From Candidatus Eiseniibacteriota bacterium (lineage in GTDB: Bacteria > Eisenbacteria > RBG-16-71-46), in the NCBI GenBank assembly GCA_031364845.1, contig JANLWX010000169.1:1-18053 (forward strand): DNA of 18,053 nucleotides. Direction: 5' to 3'. Position numbers and translations under genes: made by a program. The notes beneath the pieces are model-generated. The model was not told where the DNA came from. It worked only from the letters and a program-made list of their open reading frames with translations, and did no database searches. How positions within the stretch are numbered: the first letter of the stretch is position 1; the number at the start of each line of letters is the position of its first letter. Below are positions 15,974-18,053 of the stretch, piece after piece.

Positions 15974-16264
15974 CCGAGCGCCGGCCGTGGCGGTTGTGGA
16001 CCTGTCGAAAAGAGACCACGCGGTCTGATATCCGCCGTCGATGCCGCCTAGCCCCATATCCGTAGGATTCGCAAGGTCTTGTCAGTAGAAACATTCCCCA
16101 AGAATCTCGAACCGCTTGCCCAAACGTGCATCCAACGTGCGCTGGTGAAAAGGCTAGACCGTCACCGGCAAAGGCAAGGCAAGACGACCTGCTGGCTTCG
16201 TGGATCCCGCATCGCTTTGACGTTCACGCATCGAGCGTTCAGGCGGTCGACACGGGCCCAGAGT

Positions 16265-16324
16265 GGGAGGCAGACCCGGTTCCTCGAGGGGGTTGAGGGG
16301 CGGGGTTTCTGCCTTTTCTTTTTT
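16265..16324 (+). terminator. Intrinsic terminator-like hairpin with a long U-tract between rtcB and the aminopeptidase
   Basis: AGGCAGA (16268-74)/TCTGCCT (16308-14), inner GTTCCTC/GAGGGGC, followed by TTTCTTTTTT. Confidence 0.65.
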
Positions 16325-16461
16325 GAGGCCCGGACCGGCTGCACCCGTCGGAACCGCCTCCGGGACGCGCCTCGCACCCGAAAACCCGACCCGCAATTCC
16401 CCTGATCCCCGCACGCCTTTCCTGCCGATAACCCGGCTGAAAACGTCCCCGGGGGATCTGC

Positions 16462-18053
16462 ATGTTCCGTCGTGTCGTGCCCGTATTCATCCTGTCCGCC
16501 CTGCTCGTCTCCGGCTCCGTCGCCCATGGCGCGGGCTCGCGTCTCGACGGAAAGGTCGTGCCGACTCAGCAGGCGATCCGGCTCTCGATCGAGGCTAATC
16601 AGGCGCAGTACCGCGGCTCCGTCCGGATCGATCTTCAAGTCCGCGAACGCACCGACCGCTTTCGCTTTCACTCGAACGGTCCCGAGTTCACCGCCCTCCA
16701 GCTACGCTCGGCTTCGCGCGTCTATCGCATCGACGTGGTGCCGGAGTCCGAGGGCGTCGTCGTCGCGCGCGTCGCGCCGATGCTCGAGCCGGGCGCCTAC
16801 ACGCTCGTCATCGACTTCACGAACACGCTCGACACGTTGGGGTCGGGCCTTTACCGGCTCGCCGTGGAAGGCAGGAGCTACGCGTTCTCGCAGTTCGAAC
16901 CGGCCGCTGCGCGCAAGGCGTTTCCGTGCTGGGACGAACCGGAGTTCAAGATTCCCTGGCAGCTCACGCTGATCGTGCCCCGTGATCATCTCGCGCTTTC
17001 GAACACGCCGATCGAGCGCGAGAACGAGTTCGGCGATCAGAAGACCGTCGTGTTCAAGCAGAGCCCGCCGATGCCGTCGTACCTCGTGGCATTGGCGGCC
17101 GGACCGTTGGAGACCGTTGAGATCCCGGGGCTCACGGTGCCGGGACGCATCGTCACGGTGGCCGGGCGCTCAGGGCTCGCGAGCACCGCGGCCGCCCGCG
17201 TGCCGTCGCTGCTCAAGTCCCTCGAGGACTACTTCGGCCAGCCGTATCCCTACGAGAAGCTCGACATCATTGCAGTGCCCGAGTTCCCTTACGGCGCGAT
17301 GGAGAATCCGGGAGCGATCACGTTCGCCGACCGCATTCTGCTCGCCGACCCCGCCGAAGCCACACCCCCGCGCCTGCGCGCGCTCACCGAGATCATGGCG
17401 CACGAGATCGCCCACATGTGGTTCGGCAATCTCGTCACGATCCGCTGGTGGGATGATCTGTGGCTCAAGGAATCCTTCGCTTCATGGATGGGCGACAAGA
17501 TCGCGGATCAGGTGCACCCGGAGTTCAACACCGGCCGCGGCGACGTCGCCGCCGCGAATCAGGCGATGCGCCTCGACGCGCTGGCCTCGACGCACGCGAT
17601 GCGGCGCCCGGTTGCGGCCGCCGAGGATCTCGGCCGGCTCGCCGACGATCTCGCCTACGACAAGGGTCAATCGGTGCTCGGCATGTTCGAGCAGTGGCTG
17701 AGCCCCGGGGTGTTCCAGGCAGGGATCAGCCGCTACCTGCAGAAGCACGAGTGGAGGAACGCAAGCGCGAGCGACCTGTGGCGCGCGCTCGGCGAGGCGG
17801 CGGGCACCGACGTCGGCCGCTCGATGAGCACGTTCCTCGACCAGCCCGGCGTGCCGCTCGTCACCTGCCAGTTGCTGGCGGACGGGCGGGTGCAGCTGAA
17901 TCAGAAGCGCTATCGCGAACACGGTCATGCGGGTGTCGACCGGGCGCGCTGGAGCATCCCGGTCGCGCTGAGATACTCGGACGGAAACACGACCGGCCAG
18001 ATGACGGTGCTGCTGACGGAACCGATGCAGACCTTCGCGGTGCCGACCGCAGC
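16462..18053 (+). CDS. Secreted M1-family zinc aminopeptidase (aminopeptidase N-like), 3' end runs off the window
   Basis: Not in the ORF track. ATG 16462 after GGGGGA; signal peptide MFRRVVPVFILSALLVSGSVAHG; SQFEPAAARKAFPCWDEP, GAMEN (~17293), HEIAH-x18-E (17401 onward) and AYDKG, all in one frame. Confidence 0.95.
   Translation, partial: MFRRVVPVFILSALLVSGSVAHGAGSRLDGKVVPTQQAIRLSIEANQAQYRGSVRIDLQVRERTDRFRFHSNGPEFTALQLRSASRVYRIDVVPESEGVVVARVAPMLEPGAYTLVIDFTNTLDTLGSGLYRLAVEGRSYAFSQFEPAAARKAFPCWDEPEFKIPWQLTLIVPRDHLALSNTPIERENEFGDQKTVVFKQSPPMPSYLVALAAGPLETVEIPGLTVPGRIVTVAGRSGLASTAAARVPSLLKSLEDYFGQPYPYEKLDIIAVPEFPYGAMENPGAITFADRILLADPAEATPPRLRALTEIMAHEIAHMWFGNLVTIRWWDDLWLKESFASWMGDKIADQVHPEFNTGRGDVAAANQAMRLDALASTHAMRRPVAAAEDLGRLADDLAYDKGQSVLGMFEQWLSPGVFQAGISRYLQKHEWRNASASDLWRALGEAAGTDVGRSMSTFLDQPGVPLVTCQLLADGRVQLNQKRYREHGHAGVDRARWSIPVALRYSDGNTTGQMTVLLTEPMQTFAVPTA

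Noticed and set aside
15227..17928. ORFs 15227-16057(-), 16982-17701(+), 17482-17928(-) and similar
   Set aside because: They overlap rtcB or the M1 aminopeptidase in other frames and have no recognisable motifs.
1..18053. CRISPR array or rRNA
   Set aside because: No regularly spaced repeats or rRNA signature sequences found by eye.

Overview
High-GC bacterial chromosome segment in four parts. (1) 1-7367: a probable beta-1,3-glucan utilisation locus. An Opp/Dpp-type ABC ATPase on the minus strand is divergent from a secreted protein of unknown domain, a CBM-GH16 enzyme (both with FlgD-Ig-like C-terminal tails) and a ~1180-aa GH149-like phosphorylase, with a 25-bp palindromic operator between them. 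(2) 7400-10748, minus strand: a YaiI-family gene, a small membrane protein, tadA, a secreted protein, and tRNA-Arg(ACG), tRNA-Ser(GCT) and tRNA-Ser(TGA). A densely structured non-coding stretch lies between the two Ser tRNAs. (3) 10709-14756: a lower-GC ~4-kb islet bounded by a perfect 47-bp direct repeat made of the 5' half of tRNA-Ser(TGA). It has no integrase and carries a single 1220-aa transglutaminase-like/vWA protein. The geometry implies integration on the 5' side of the tRNA with a promoter swap. (4) 14786-end: rtcB and a secreted M1 aminopeptidase. The most notable system is the integrase-less, 5'-tRNA-integrated islet next to rtcB. Protein family calls come from recognised motifs; no database searches were run.
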